From: Alphaproteobacteria bacterium
GTDB lineage: Bacteria; Pseudomonadota; Alphaproteobacteria; RF32; CAG-239
DNA length: 64,000 nt
Assembly (NCBI GenBank): GCA_047975765.1
Contig: JBKEEF010000004.1
Coordinates: forward strand, 7,960-71,959
Reading direction: 5' to 3'
The notes under the pieces are model-generated. The model was not told where the DNA came from. It saw only the letters and a program-made list of their open reading frames with translations, and ran no database searches. Both the position numbers and the translations under genes were made by a program. This document shows, one piece after another, positions 9,742 through 19,141 of this stretch (the stretch's first letter is position 1; every line of letters begins with the position of its first letter).

Positions 9742-10473
9742 ATGACAAAAGAAAGAATTGCAGCGATAGTTTTAGGTGCAGGAAAAGGAAGCAGAATGAA
9801 GTCTGATCTTCCAAAGGTTATGATGCCGGTTAAAGGCAAGTCCATGATTAAGAGAATTATCGAAACTTTAGAACAACTTCCAGCAGATGAAATTGTTACA
9901 GTTATTGCTCCAGATGGACAAATCGTGGCTAAAGAAGTAGCTCCTTATAAAACATCCATTCAATATAAACAATTAGGAACAGGAAATGCTGTTCTTGCTG
10001 CCAAAGAACATCTCAATAAGTTTGATGGTTCTGTTGTGATGATTTTTGGTGATACGCCAATTGTAACTGCTGAAACAGTTAAAAAAGCTGTTCAAAAAAG
10101 ATTGGAAGGCAATTACGCAGTTGTTGTGGTTGGAATTAGGCCTGAAACTTGCCCTCCGCATGGTAGACTTGTGATGAAGGGTGATAAACTTGAAAAAATC
10201 GTAGAGTTTAAAGATGCAACTGATGAAGAAAGAAAAATCAATTTCCTTAATTCGGGAATGATGATATTTGACGGAAGAGTCTTATTTGATTTATTAGAGC
10301 AAATTGGAAATAATAATGTTGCTGGTGAATATTACTTAACTGATGTTGTTGAAATTGCTATTAAAAATGGATTTTCTTGTTCAACAATTGAAGCAAACCC
10401 TGAGGAAGTTGCAAGTGCAAATACATTAGAAGAACTTGCTCAATTGGAAACATATTTAGATAAGAGAAAATAA
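9742..10473 (+). CDS. glmU: GlmU-like uridylyltransferase domain only (no acetyltransferase beta-helix)
   Basis: LGAGKGSRMKSDLPKV, QLGTGNAV, GDTP, IVEFKDA, GEYYLTDVV; stops at 243 aa. Confidence 0.8.
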   Translation: MTKERIAAIVLGAGKGSRMKSDLPKVMMPVKGKSMIKRIIETLEQLPADEIVTVIAPDGQIVAKEVAPYKTSIQYKQLGTGNAVLAAKEHLNKFDGSVVMIFGDTPIVTAETVKKAVQKRLEGNYAVVVVGIRPETCPPHGRLVMKGDKLEKIVEFKDATDEERKINFLNSGMMIFDGRVLFDLLEQIGNNNVAGEYYLTDVVEIAIKNGFSCSTIEANPEEVASANTLEELAQLETYLDKRK

Positions 10474-10898
10474 TGACATTCATTAAAAATCATTGGTTTG
10501 GGTTTTTGCTTAGTCTTTTTGTGAGTTTCTTTATCTTGGTTTTTGTTTTGGTTCTTATATCTCCCAAACAAGATGTACAAAAAAGAGGTTTCACGATTTG
10601 TTCAGAAAATTTTGTGGATGAAGTAAGCCTCTGTCAAAAGTCATATGGTTGTGTGTTGAAAGCTGTTCTTGGGCATGGTTATTGTACAGCAAAAACGGTG
10701 GTTGTTGGAGCCGAAAATTGGATTTTAGGAGAACAACAAACGCCATGGGGAAACTATATGTTCAGCCCACAGTCATTGGCTAATGAAGAAATGGATGAAG
10801 AGCTAAAATTGTTTTATCATGAAAACCCAAATTTAGCAGAGCAAATGAATGATTTTAGAAAGAAGAATAAGGAGTTGAAAATTGATGAAGAAGAGTGA
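10473..10898 (+). CDS. Membrane-anchored hypothetical protein
   Basis: N-terminal TM, four Cys; TAATG coupling to the upstream gene. Confidence 0.7.
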   Translation: MTFIKNHWFGFLLSLFVSFFILVFVLVLISPKQDVQKRGFTICSENFVDEVSLCQKSYGCVLKAVLGHGYCTAKTVVVGAENWILGEQQTPWGNYMFSPQSLANEEMDEELKLFYHENPNLAEQMNDFRKKNKELKIDEEE

Positions 10899-12669
10899 AC
10901 TCCCTGCATGGGATTTGTCAGATCTATATGCGGGTCTCAAAGACAAAAAAATCAATGAAGATTTGGAAAAATATAAATTTTTGAACCAAAAACTTGAGCA
11001 AGAATATAAAGGAAAAATAGCAAGATTATCTTCAAAGAATTTTGCGGAAGCTTTGAAAGTTTATGAGGATATTGTTGTTATTGGTCATTTTCTTGGTGGT
11101 TTTGGGTATTTGAATATGTGCACTCAAATGGACAATAAGGATGCAACTATATTCTTTCAAAATTTGAGCGAAAAATTGACTGACTATAGCAAATGCAGTG
11201 TATTTTTCTCTTTGGAAATTAATCAACTTTCTGATGAAAAAATTAGTGAACTTTTGAAAGATGAAAAAGTTGCAGTTTATAAACCATGGCTGGATAGACT
11301 TCGTTTGTTCAAGAAATATGAACTTTCAGAAGATTTAGAAGGAATGCTACTTGAAAAAAGTGTTACATCGGGTAGTGCGTGGGTTCTTTTGTATGATGAA
11401 TATTCATCAGAGCTTAAGTATATTGTTGATGGCAAAGAATATAATGATTCTGGAATCAGTAAGCTCACTCAAGATAAAAATGCAGAAATTCGTCACAAAG
11501 CTGGAAAAGAAATTAATCGTGTCTGCAAAGAAAATGATAATCTTTTCACTTTCATTTATAATATGGTGGTTAAAGATAAAGCGATTGAAGATGAAAAAAG
11601 AGGTTTCAAAACACCTATTGCTTCTCAAAATCTAGCAAATAATGTTGAAGGTGAAGTTGTTGAAAGTTTGGTTGCTTCTGTGACAGCAAATTACACAAAC
11701 ATAGCTCACCGTTTTTATAAACTTAAGGCAAAATGGCTAGGTGTCGACAAGCTTAGCTATTGGGATCGCAACGCACCTCTTCCATTCGAAAAAGATGTTG
11801 ATTATTCTTGGGATGAGGCAGTTAAAATTGTTTTAGATGCTTATCAATCTTTTTCACCAAAACTGTATGAACTTGCGCAAGATTTTTTCACAAAAAATTG
11901 GATTGATGTACCTGTTAGAAATGGAAAAAGAAGTGGAGCTTTTGCTCATCCTGTTTCTAGTCATGCTCATCCGTATCTGTTTTTGAATTTTACTGGTAAA
12001 CTCAGAGATGTTTTGACTTTAGCTCATGAGCTTGGGCATGGTTGTCACATGCGTCTTAGTGGCAAACAAGGAGAGCTTCAGGATGATACGCCTTTGACCT
12101 TGGCAGAAGTTGCTTCTGTTTTTGCAGAATCACTTACATTTAAAAGTCTACTAGAAAATATTGATGATGATATGACAAAGCTTTGTTTGATTGCAAGCAA
12201 AGTGAACGATATGATAAATACTGCCATTCGTCAGATTGCTTTCCATAATTTTGAAACCAAAGTTCACAATGAACGTCGAGAAGGTGAAGTTTCCTCCGTT
12301 AGACTTGTTGAAATTTGGAAAGAAGAAATGAAAGAAAGCTTAGGTTCTTCTGTGGAGGTTGGTGAAGATAGTGAATATATTTGGTCTCAAGTGAGCCATT
12401 TTTATCACCTTCCATTTTATGTTTATGCCTATTCTTTTGCAGACTGCGTCGTCAATTCGCTTTATAGTGTTTATCGCCATAATAAAGTTGAAAATTTTGC
12501 TGATAAATATTTACATATGCTTTCAGAAACTGGGGTTAAGAAATATGATGAGCTTTTGCAACCTTTTGGACTTGATGCAAAAGATGAAAAGTTTTGGAAT
12601 CTCGGTCTTGGTGTAATTTCTGAATATATTGACGAACTAGAAAGACTAACCAAAAAACTTGGGCTTTAA
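10885..12669 (+). CDS. pepF: M3B oligoendopeptidase F
   Basis: LPAWDLSDLY N-terminus, GKRSGAF, HELGH zinc motif, AEVASVF, FYVYAY. Confidence 0.93.
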   Translation: MKKSELPAWDLSDLYAGLKDKKINEDLEKYKFLNQKLEQEYKGKIARLSSKNFAEALKVYEDIVVIGHFLGGFGYLNMCTQMDNKDATIFFQNLSEKLTDYSKCSVFFSLEINQLSDEKISELLKDEKVAVYKPWLDRLRLFKKYELSEDLEGMLLEKSVTSGSAWVLLYDEYSSELKYIVDGKEYNDSGISKLTQDKNAEIRHKAGKEINRVCKENDNLFTFIYNMVVKDKAIEDEKRGFKTPIASQNLANNVEGEVVESLVASVTANYTNIAHRFYKLKAKWLGVDKLSYWDRNAPLPFEKDVDYSWDEAVKIVLDAYQSFSPKLYELAQDFFTKNWIDVPVRNGKRSGAFAHPVSSHAHPYLFLNFTGKLRDVLTLAHELGHGCHMRLSGKQGELQDDTPLTLAEVASVFAESLTFKSLLENIDDDMTKLCLIASKVNDMINTAIRQIAFHNFETKVHNERREGEVSSVRLVEIWKEEMKESLGSSVEVGEDSEYIWSQVSHFYHLPFYVYAYSFADCVVNSLYSVYRHNKVENFADKYLHMLSETGVKKYDELLQPFGLDAKDEKFWNLGLGVISEYIDELERLTKKLGL

Positions 12670-12672
12670 GCT

Positions 12673-12703
12673 AAAAAAACTCCTTCTTCTGAAGGAGTTT
12701 TTT
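12673..12703. terminator. Bidirectional intrinsic terminator
   Basis: A7-CTCCTTC-TTCT-GAAGGAG-T6. Confidence 0.85.
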
Positions 12704-12713
12704 ATTTGTCTTT

Positions 12714-13496
12714 TTAATAAATTTTGTAATAGTCAACGGTTGTTTTTTTGATATGTTCTAAGTAACTCGCAGGACTTCCTGGTCTGCCCACATATCCAAG
12801 AGAATAGTTGGTTATTCTAAAACCAAAAGGGTTGATAATAGCTGTTGATCTTTTGAGATCAGTTTGTCTTACAAAAGCAACTCTAATGGTTGCGCGCCAG
12901 ATGTTTACGTCTGGATTAGGAAAATTAGGGAGGTAGTCCATTGTTCTGAATTGAACTTGCCACAGATTTCTTCCAATTGAACGAACCCAATCAATATCGA
13001 CATCTCTTTGCATATTTTTTTCTCTAAACATCGAAATGTTTAATTTGGCATCATATGCCGTGAATTCTTCAAAAACAGCAGGAGAGGAATACCAATATAC
13101 AATTCCGCCTTTTTCCCAACGGGTCATCAATTCATCATAGTCTCTAGTGATGATATATCTGTACATAATATATTGAGAGATATACTGCTCTGCGACCATA
13201 GAAGCTGCGGGAACAATAATTTCATCTGGCTGCAGCCTCTCTAGAACACTGAAATACTTGTTAATATATAAGAGACGTGGAAGTGCATCTCTTTGTGGGA
13301 GCATAAGATATATAGTGCTTGAGAGCATCATATTAATGCAAATGCTAATGCAAGCAACAATCACTAAAACTCGAGATGTCCAAAGATATCTTCTTTCTGG
13401 CATCGCAGAAACATCAAGAAGTTCTGGATATTTTCCAAGAACATCAGGACTTTCTTTTTCTTTATATTTAAAAATTGTTCGAAAAATGCCAAACAT
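12714..13496 (-). CDS. virB8: VirB8-family type IV secretion inner-membrane protein
   Basis: Single TM, YIMYRY helix, SSPAVF, WQVQF / WRATI strands and NPFGFRITNY (NPxG motif). Confidence 0.8.
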   Translation of the reverse strand: MFGIFRTIFKYKEKESPDVLGKYPELLDVSAMPERRYLWTSRVLVIVACISICINMMLSSTIYLMLPQRDALPRLLYINKYFSVLERLQPDEIIVPAASMVAEQYISQYIMYRYIITRDYDELMTRWEKGGIVYWYSSPAVFEEFTAYDAKLNISMFREKNMQRDVDIDWVRSIGRNLWQVQFRTMDYLPNFPNPDVNIWRATIRVAFVRQTDLKRSTAIINPFGFRITNYSLGYVGRPGSPASYLEHIKKTTVDYYKIY

Positions 13497-13648
13497 AATA
13501 AAAAATTGCCTTTGCTACGTATATTAACATATATTTTATCTTTATTGTATAACATGAAAGTTGAATAAAAGTAAATAAATACTGTTCAGATTAAAAATAT
13601 TGATATATTTATATATAAATACAAAGATTTATATGAAGGGCCTTGATA

Positions 13649-15544
13649 ATGAAGAAAGTATTGTTGTCAATTGTTGCAGGTGTTGTTTTCTTGGTTGGTT
13701 GCGCATCTGAAGAAAGCAAACAAGTAATTAAAGACGAAAAAGCAGCTGCATATTACTCTGACTGGGATAGAGCGGTTAGAGCTGACGTTGATATGCAGAA
13801 TATGTTTGTCAGTACACCTAAAAAAATTGAAAAGCCAATTGATGTGTATATGGCAATGGCTTTGGCTGTGAAATATAACTATTCAGGCCGTATGGTTAGA
13901 TATGAAAAAGCTATTGTTGATGCTGGAAAAGTTCCTGTCAATAGGCTTCCTGAAGTTTTGAGTAAGGCTGGTTATGTGAATACTGATTCAATTGAGAGCA
14001 CAAACTCTGACTTGAAAGCAACATGGAACATCTTGGACCTTTCAACTGTTTATTATCAGACAACCACAAAAGAATATCAATCTGCAATTGCTTACGAACA
14101 AAGTCGCAAAGTAATTCATAATATTTTGCAAGAAACGAGAAATTTATATTGGAAAGCATTGATGGCTCAAAAACTTCTGCCAACAATGGATGATATGACA
14201 GAGTTTATGACTTTGCAAGTTGATGAAATGAACATTGCTGCTAAAGAATATGCAAAAATGGGCAAAACAGTTCCAGTTGAAGAATTGCAGAAAAAAAGAA
14301 AGTATATGGAAGATATCAAAAAACTTTCAGCTCTCAAACGTGATGTAGAAACTTCAGAAGCACGTTTGGCAGCTTTCATGGGTTTCCACCCTTCAACAGA
14401 ATTTAAGCTTGTTGGAAAAGAATATGGCAACTTTGCACTTCCTGAAATGAAAACAGATTTGAGTGGTCTGGAATGGTTAGCTTTGACAAATCGCCCAGAA
14501 ATCCGCGTACATGATACATTTGTCAAAAAAGAAGATTTGAAAATTATTGTCAAAGAATTTCAAACTCCAAACGAAAAAGGTTATGAAAATGACCCTAAAT
14601 ACTATAATCGCTTGTGGGCGAAAAAAGGTAAAGAAGTTGGTTTGAGTGTTTTTGAAGATATCAAACGACCAAATCGTCAAGATCTTGAAACACTTCGTCG
14701 TCAGAGAATGTCTATCCTTGTTTTGAGCCAAGTTTATGTTTCTTGGGCAAGATATGAATCTTCTGTAGAAGACTACCAAATTAATATGGAAATTGCAGGT
14801 ATTTCAGAAGATATTGCTGAAGATACAACTTATGCAAAAGGATATAAAGATTCTAAAAGTCATCTAGAATCAGCTCGTGCGATTGAAGATGAGGCAAAGG
14901 CTTATCGTTCATATATTGAAGTTCAAGACTCTTTAGGCAACTTATATTCAACAATTGGTTTAGATGCTTTGCCATACTATATGGTTAATGAAAAACTTTC
15001 AAAAATTGCATTCCAATTGAGAGAAACAATGGAAAAATGGAGAAAAGGAGAGTTTATTCCTGATAGTCGTCCATATTTATTGAATATTCCAAGCAAACGT
15101 CCTCCAATTAATTTGTCATCTGTCAATTTGATTCCGGACATCAATACAGAAACTGGAAAAAGAGTCACTTTCCAAATTCCGATGGCTGCTTTGGCAAAAA
15201 TTGAATTTCGTGGAAAAATTACATCCAAAGCAGGGCTTGTTGGTGATCAACCACTTCCATCTTGGTTGAAGTATAATGAAAAAACTTTTACATTTGATGG
15301 TATTGCAATGCCTTCAGAAGTTGGAACATATCCAATTAAGGTATATTTTACGGATCAATTTAGCAATGTGGGTTATTTGACATTTAACATTAATGTTCTG
15401 GATGTTTATGTTCCATCGATGCGTGTTCAGGGTTTGACAGAAGGAAGTAAAGCAACAGTTCTCAAACGTTGTATTGGTTCTCAATGTAAAGACGATTATA
15501 TTGAAAAGACAGTGATTGGAACAGAAGTCGAAGTTGTTAGATAA
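13649..15544 (+). CDS. TolC-family outer-membrane lipoprotein with C-terminal cadherin/He_PIG-like domain
   Basis: Lipobox FLVGC; MAMALAVKYN, TWNILDL, ALTNRPEI (TolC-like); PLPSWLKYN...TFDG...GTYPIKVYFTD (CADG-like). Confidence 0.7.
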   Translation: MKKVLLSIVAGVVFLVGCASEESKQVIKDEKAAAYYSDWDRAVRADVDMQNMFVSTPKKIEKPIDVYMAMALAVKYNYSGRMVRYEKAIVDAGKVPVNRLPEVLSKAGYVNTDSIESTNSDLKATWNILDLSTVYYQTTTKEYQSAIAYEQSRKVIHNILQETRNLYWKALMAQKLLPTMDDMTEFMTLQVDEMNIAAKEYAKMGKTVPVEELQKKRKYMEDIKKLSALKRDVETSEARLAAFMGFHPSTEFKLVGKEYGNFALPEMKTDLSGLEWLALTNRPEIRVHDTFVKKEDLKIIVKEFQTPNEKGYENDPKYYNRLWAKKGKEVGLSVFEDIKRPNRQDLETLRRQRMSILVLSQVYVSWARYESSVEDYQINMEIAGISEDIAEDTTYAKGYKDSKSHLESARAIEDEAKAYRSYIEVQDSLGNLYSTIGLDALPYYMVNEKLSKIAFQLRETMEKWRKGEFIPDSRPYLLNIPSKRPPINLSSVNLIPDINTETGKRVTFQIPMAALAKIEFRGKITSKAGLVGDQPLPSWLKYNEKTFTFDGIAMPSEVGTYPIKVYFTDQFSNVGYLTFNINVLDVYVPSMRVQGLTEGSKATVLKRCIGSQCKDDYIEKTVIGTEVEVVR

Positions 15545-15545
15545 G

Positions 15546-15679
15546 AGAATCTATATAATTGAAAATAACTTGCAACTTTTTCACTCGTGTAGTGAAGTTT
15601 ACACGTCGCTCAAAACTTGTCTGCACTCTTTTCTAATTTTCTAGATTCTTAACGTGAAATAATTGAAAATAGCTTGCAA
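15546..15679. repeat. About 104-bp MITE-like nested palindrome plus a partial tandem copy
   Basis: Ends AGAATCTA (15546) / TAGATTCT (15649), central CGTGTA..TACACG hairpin; 15555-15575 recurs at 15659-15679 (20/21). Confidence 0.55.
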
Positions 15680-15693
15680 ATTTATATAACAAC

Positions 15694-15727
15694 AAAAAAG
15701 AGATTTCCAAAAGAGTCTCTTTTTTTT
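15694..15727 (+). terminator. Intrinsic terminator
   Basis: AAAAAAGAGATTTC-CAAAA-GAGTCTC-T8 imperfect hairpin. Confidence 0.65.
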
Positions 15728-15928
15728 ATTAAGAATCTTATCTAATATTCATTAACTTTAGTTAATGAGGTTATCCACTTTTTCAAAAAAATAATATGTA
15801 TAAAAAATAAGAAGATAGAAGATTTTAAAATATTTTTTTGTTTTATATGTTGTGATAAAAATTTTAATAATTCATACTAGTTTTCATAGAATTTTCAAAT
15901 TCTTTTAGTTTTAATCTTTTAAATAAAC

Positions 15929-15975
15929 ATACAAGATGTAGTTGTTTTAAATTTTTGTTAAACTATATCTTGTAT
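15929..15975 (+). promoter_or_regulatory. Tandem NrdR boxes upstream of nrdD
   Basis: ATACAAGATGTAGTTG (15929-15944) and AAACTATATCTTGTAT (15960-15975) match acaCwAtATaTwGtg; starts are 31 bp apart. Confidence 0.85.
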
Positions 15976-16025
15976 ATTATTGAATTAATAGCCAACGAAT
16001 ATAATAATGGGGGATACTATTAGAT

Positions 16026-18086
16026 ATGTCAGATGTAAGTTCAGATACCAAAGTTTTAGATTTTGAGAAAGTTCCTTTTGAAAACATCTTGAAAAGAGAT
16101 GGAACTCTTTCTCCATTCGATAGTCATAGAATTTTTAATGCCATTCTCAGAGCTGGAACTTCCACATCTGAATTTGCAGAACAAGAAGCATGGTTGTTGA
16201 CGGCTCAAGTTTTAAAAGTTTTAAAGCACAAATTTGCTGAAACTTTACCAACGATTGAACAAGTTCAAGATGTTGTTGAACAAGTTATCATCTCTGCGAA
16301 TCACTTTTTAACAGCTAAGGCGTATATCTTATATCGTGATCAAAGAAGCAGAACGAGAAGTGATCGCAAAGTGATGGTTGATGTTGAAAGTTCAATTAAT
16401 GAATATTTAGAAAGATTAGATTGGCGTGTGAATGCAAATGCGAATCAGGGCTATTCAAATGGTGGTTTGATTTTGAATGTTTCTGGTAAGGTCACTGCAA
16501 ATTACTGGCTCAGCCATGTTTATCCTGCGGAAATTGGTGAAGCTCACAGAAATGGTGATATGCATATTCACGATTTGGATATGTTGGCAGCCTATTGTGC
16601 TGGCTGGTCTTTGAAAAATTTGCTTCACGAAGGATTTAATGGTGTTTCAGGAAAGGCTGAAGCTGGTCCAGCAAAGCATCTTTCTGCGGCAGTTGGTCAA
16701 ATGGTCAATTTTATGGGAACGCTTCAAAATGAATGGGCAGGGGCACAAGCTTTTTCTTCTGTGGATACCTATCTTGCACCATATGTCCGTAGAGACAATC
16801 TTTCTTACGACCAAGTTTTGCAACAAATTCAGGAACTCATTTATAACTTGAACATTCCTTCTCGTTGGGGTTCTCAAACACCTTTCACAAACTTCACATT
16901 TGACTGGGTTTGCCCAGAAGATTTATGTGATAAACACCCAATTATTGCGGGAGAAGAACAATCTTTCACTTATGGTGATTTAAAACCTGAAATGGATATG
17001 ATTAATAAGTCCTATATCACAGTGATGATGGGGGGAGATATTAAGGGACGTCCATTTACATTCCCAATCCCAACTTATAATATGACGCCAGATTTTCCTT
17101 GGGAAGATGAAAATACAGAACTTCTTTTTGAAATGACCGCAAAATATGGTTTGCCATATTTCCAAAACTTTATAAATTCTGTTTTGAAACCTGGTCAAAT
17201 TCGTTCAATGTGTTGTCGTTTGCAACTTGATTTGCGAGAACTTTTGGCGAGAGGAAATGGTTTGTTTGGTTCTGCTGAACAAACAGGTTCTGTTGGGGTT
17301 GTCACTTTTAACTGCGCAAGACTAGGCTTTGTATATAAGGGCAATGAGGCTGGACTTTTTGGTCGTGTTGATGAGTTGATGCAAATTGCTAAAACAAGTT
17401 TGGAAATCAAAAGAAAAGTCATTACACGCTTGATTGATAATGGTCTTTTCCCATATACAAAACGTTATTTAGGAACTTTACGCAACCACTTCTCAACAAT
17501 TGGTGTGAATGGTATTAACGAAATGATTTTGAACTACACAGATGGCAAATATGACATTGCTTCCGCTTATGGTCAACAATTTGCTGAAAAGTTCTTAGAT
17601 TATATCCGTGCAAAGATGGTTAAAATTCAAGAAGACACGGGACATATGTATAATCTTGAAGCAACTCCTGCCGAAAGTGCAACATATCGTTTTGCACGTG
17701 AAGACAAGAAAAGATTTAATGGAATTATCCAAGCGGGAACGCAAGAGAATCCATACTATACAAATTCTTCTCAACTTCCTGTCGGCTACACAGATGATCC
17801 ATTTGAGGCTTTAGATTTGCAATCTACTTTGCAATCCAAATATACGGGTGGAACGGTGCTTCACCTTTATATGAGCCAAAGACTATCTTCTGCAAAAGTT
17901 TGTCGTGACCTCGTCAAAAGGGTGCTCACAAACTATCGCCTGCCATATGTGACAATTACACCAACATTTTCTGTGTGTCCAAAACATGGATATTTGTCTG
18001 GTGAACATAAATATTGTCCAATTTGTGACGAAGAGAAAAAAGCTGAAAAATTGAGAGTTTTAGAAAACAAAAAAGAGATTGCATAA
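16026..18086 (+). CDS. nrdD: Class III anaerobic ribonucleoside-triphosphate reductase large subunit with ATP-cone, lacking the C-terminal glycyl-radical loop
   Basis: ILKRDG ATP-cone, HIHDLD, QNEWAGAQA, RSMCCRL, EATPAES, YTGGT, CPKH...CPIC; no R-x-x-GY motif before the stop. Confidence 0.95.
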   Translation: MSDVSSDTKVLDFEKVPFENILKRDGTLSPFDSHRIFNAILRAGTSTSEFAEQEAWLLTAQVLKVLKHKFAETLPTIEQVQDVVEQVIISANHFLTAKAYILYRDQRSRTRSDRKVMVDVESSINEYLERLDWRVNANANQGYSNGGLILNVSGKVTANYWLSHVYPAEIGEAHRNGDMHIHDLDMLAAYCAGWSLKNLLHEGFNGVSGKAEAGPAKHLSAAVGQMVNFMGTLQNEWAGAQAFSSVDTYLAPYVRRDNLSYDQVLQQIQELIYNLNIPSRWGSQTPFTNFTFDWVCPEDLCDKHPIIAGEEQSFTYGDLKPEMDMINKSYITVMMGGDIKGRPFTFPIPTYNMTPDFPWEDENTELLFEMTAKYGLPYFQNFINSVLKPGQIRSMCCRLQLDLRELLARGNGLFGSAEQTGSVGVVTFNCARLGFVYKGNEAGLFGRVDELMQIAKTSLEIKRKVITRLIDNGLFPYTKRYLGTLRNHFSTIGVNGINEMILNYTDGKYDIASAYGQQFAEKFLDYIRAKMVKIQEDTGHMYNLEATPAESATYRFAREDKKRFNGIIQAGTQENPYYTNSSQLPVGYTDDPFEALDLQSTLQSKYTGGTVLHLYMSQRLSSAKVCRDLVKRVLTNYRLPYVTITPTFSVCPKHGYLSGEHKYCPICDEEKKAEKLRVLENKKEIA

Positions 18087-18113
18087 ATATATATTTATAA
18101 GGGGGATAAAACA

Positions 18114-18323
18114 ATGAACGTAATTAATTTTAGTGAAATTAAATTGAGTGATGAAGAAAGACAACCTTGCGAAGTTTGGACAAGAGTAATGGGCTATTGC
18201 CGTCCTGTTTCAGAATTCAACAAAGGTAAAAAATCTGAATTTTATTCAAGAGTTTGTTTCACAGAAGAAAAGGCTATGATTAGAATTACAGAGGAAAATG
18301 CACTTGCTTGTGCAGCAGAGTAA
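18114..18323 (+). CDS. Stand-alone NrdD glycyl-radical domain (69 aa)
   Basis: CEVWTRVMGYCRPVSEFNKGKKSEF matches the NrdD C-terminus; own RBS AAGGGGGA. Confidence 0.9.
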   Translation: MNVINFSEIKLSDEERQPCEVWTRVMGYCRPVSEFNKGKKSEFYSRVCFTEEKAMIRITEENALACAAE

Positions 18324-18372
18324 AATTCCTTTGCTTTTATAAAATTTTCATATAAAGTTGGGGTTGCATGTA

Positions 18373-19125
18373 ATGTCATCAGTAGTAGAATTTAATAATA
18401 AATGTTCTGAACCTGATGAGAAGGCATGCAGCTCTATTTTTATTGGCGGAATTGAAAAGTTTAGTGTTGTTGACTATCCTGGAAAAATTTCCGCCGTTGT
18501 TTTTTTAAAGGGTTGTCCTTGGCGTTGTCCATTTTGCTATAACACGCATCTACAAAAGCTAGATAATGAAACAAATTTTTTCTGGCATCAGTTTAAAAAT
18601 TTTTTAGAAAAAAGAAAGGGCATCTTAGACGCTGTTGTTTTTAGTGGTGGCGAGCCTTTGATGCAGAAAAAAATCGTTGGAGCTATTCAAGAAGTTAAAG
18701 CATTAGGGTTTCAAATAGGGGTTCACACTGGTGGCTATTACCCTGAAACTTTGAAAGAAATTATCCCTCTCGTTGACTGGGTTGGTTTTGATGTCAAAGC
18801 TCCATTTGAAAAAGAACGTTACAAAAAGTCGGTGGGAGGTGTCGAGAGCCTTGATAAAACTATACAAAGCCTTCAAGTGTTGTTGGATAGTAAAGTCAAT
18901 TTTGAAACGAGAACAACCTGTGATCCTCGAATTTTGAGCATTGAAGATATTTATACAATTGCGAAAGATTTGAAATTACGTGGTGTTAGGAAATATAATC
19001 TACAAAGATATCGTCAAGTCCAAGGAGATAATACTCCAGATGAAGAATGTGAAAAATTTTTCAATGATGAAAAACTTAGAGATTTTTTAGAAGCTAGTTT
19101 TGAAGTTGTAGAATTTAGAAGATAA
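18373..19125 (+). CDS. nrdG: Anaerobic RNR activating enzyme (radical SAM)
   Basis: SVVDYPGK, GCPWRCPFCYN (CxxxCxxC), FSGGEP, FETRTT. Confidence 0.93.
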   Translation: MSSVVEFNNKCSEPDEKACSSIFIGGIEKFSVVDYPGKISAVVFLKGCPWRCPFCYNTHLQKLDNETNFFWHQFKNFLEKRKGILDAVVFSGGEPLMQKKIVGAIQEVKALGFQIGVHTGGYYPETLKEIIPLVDWVGFDVKAPFEKERYKKSVGGVESLDKTIQSLQVLLDSKVNFETRTTCDPRILSIEDIYTIAKDLKLRGVRKYNLQRYRQVQGDNTPDEECEKFFNDEKLRDFLEASFEVVEFRR

Positions 19126-19141
19126 ATCAAAGGAAATCGTA

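Noticed and set aside
15750-15779. CATTAAC-TTTA-GTTAATG (CtrA-like) and TTATCCACT (DnaA-box-like) upstream of nrdD
   Set aside because: TTAA spacing is 6 rather than 7, and a single 8/9 DnaA match is expected by chance; no origin-like cluster.
18084-18113. Stop-codon read-through or recoding joining nrdD to the small ORF
   Set aside because: The small ORF has its own RBS, the fused linker would be abnormally long, and TAA is the normal stop throughout the window.
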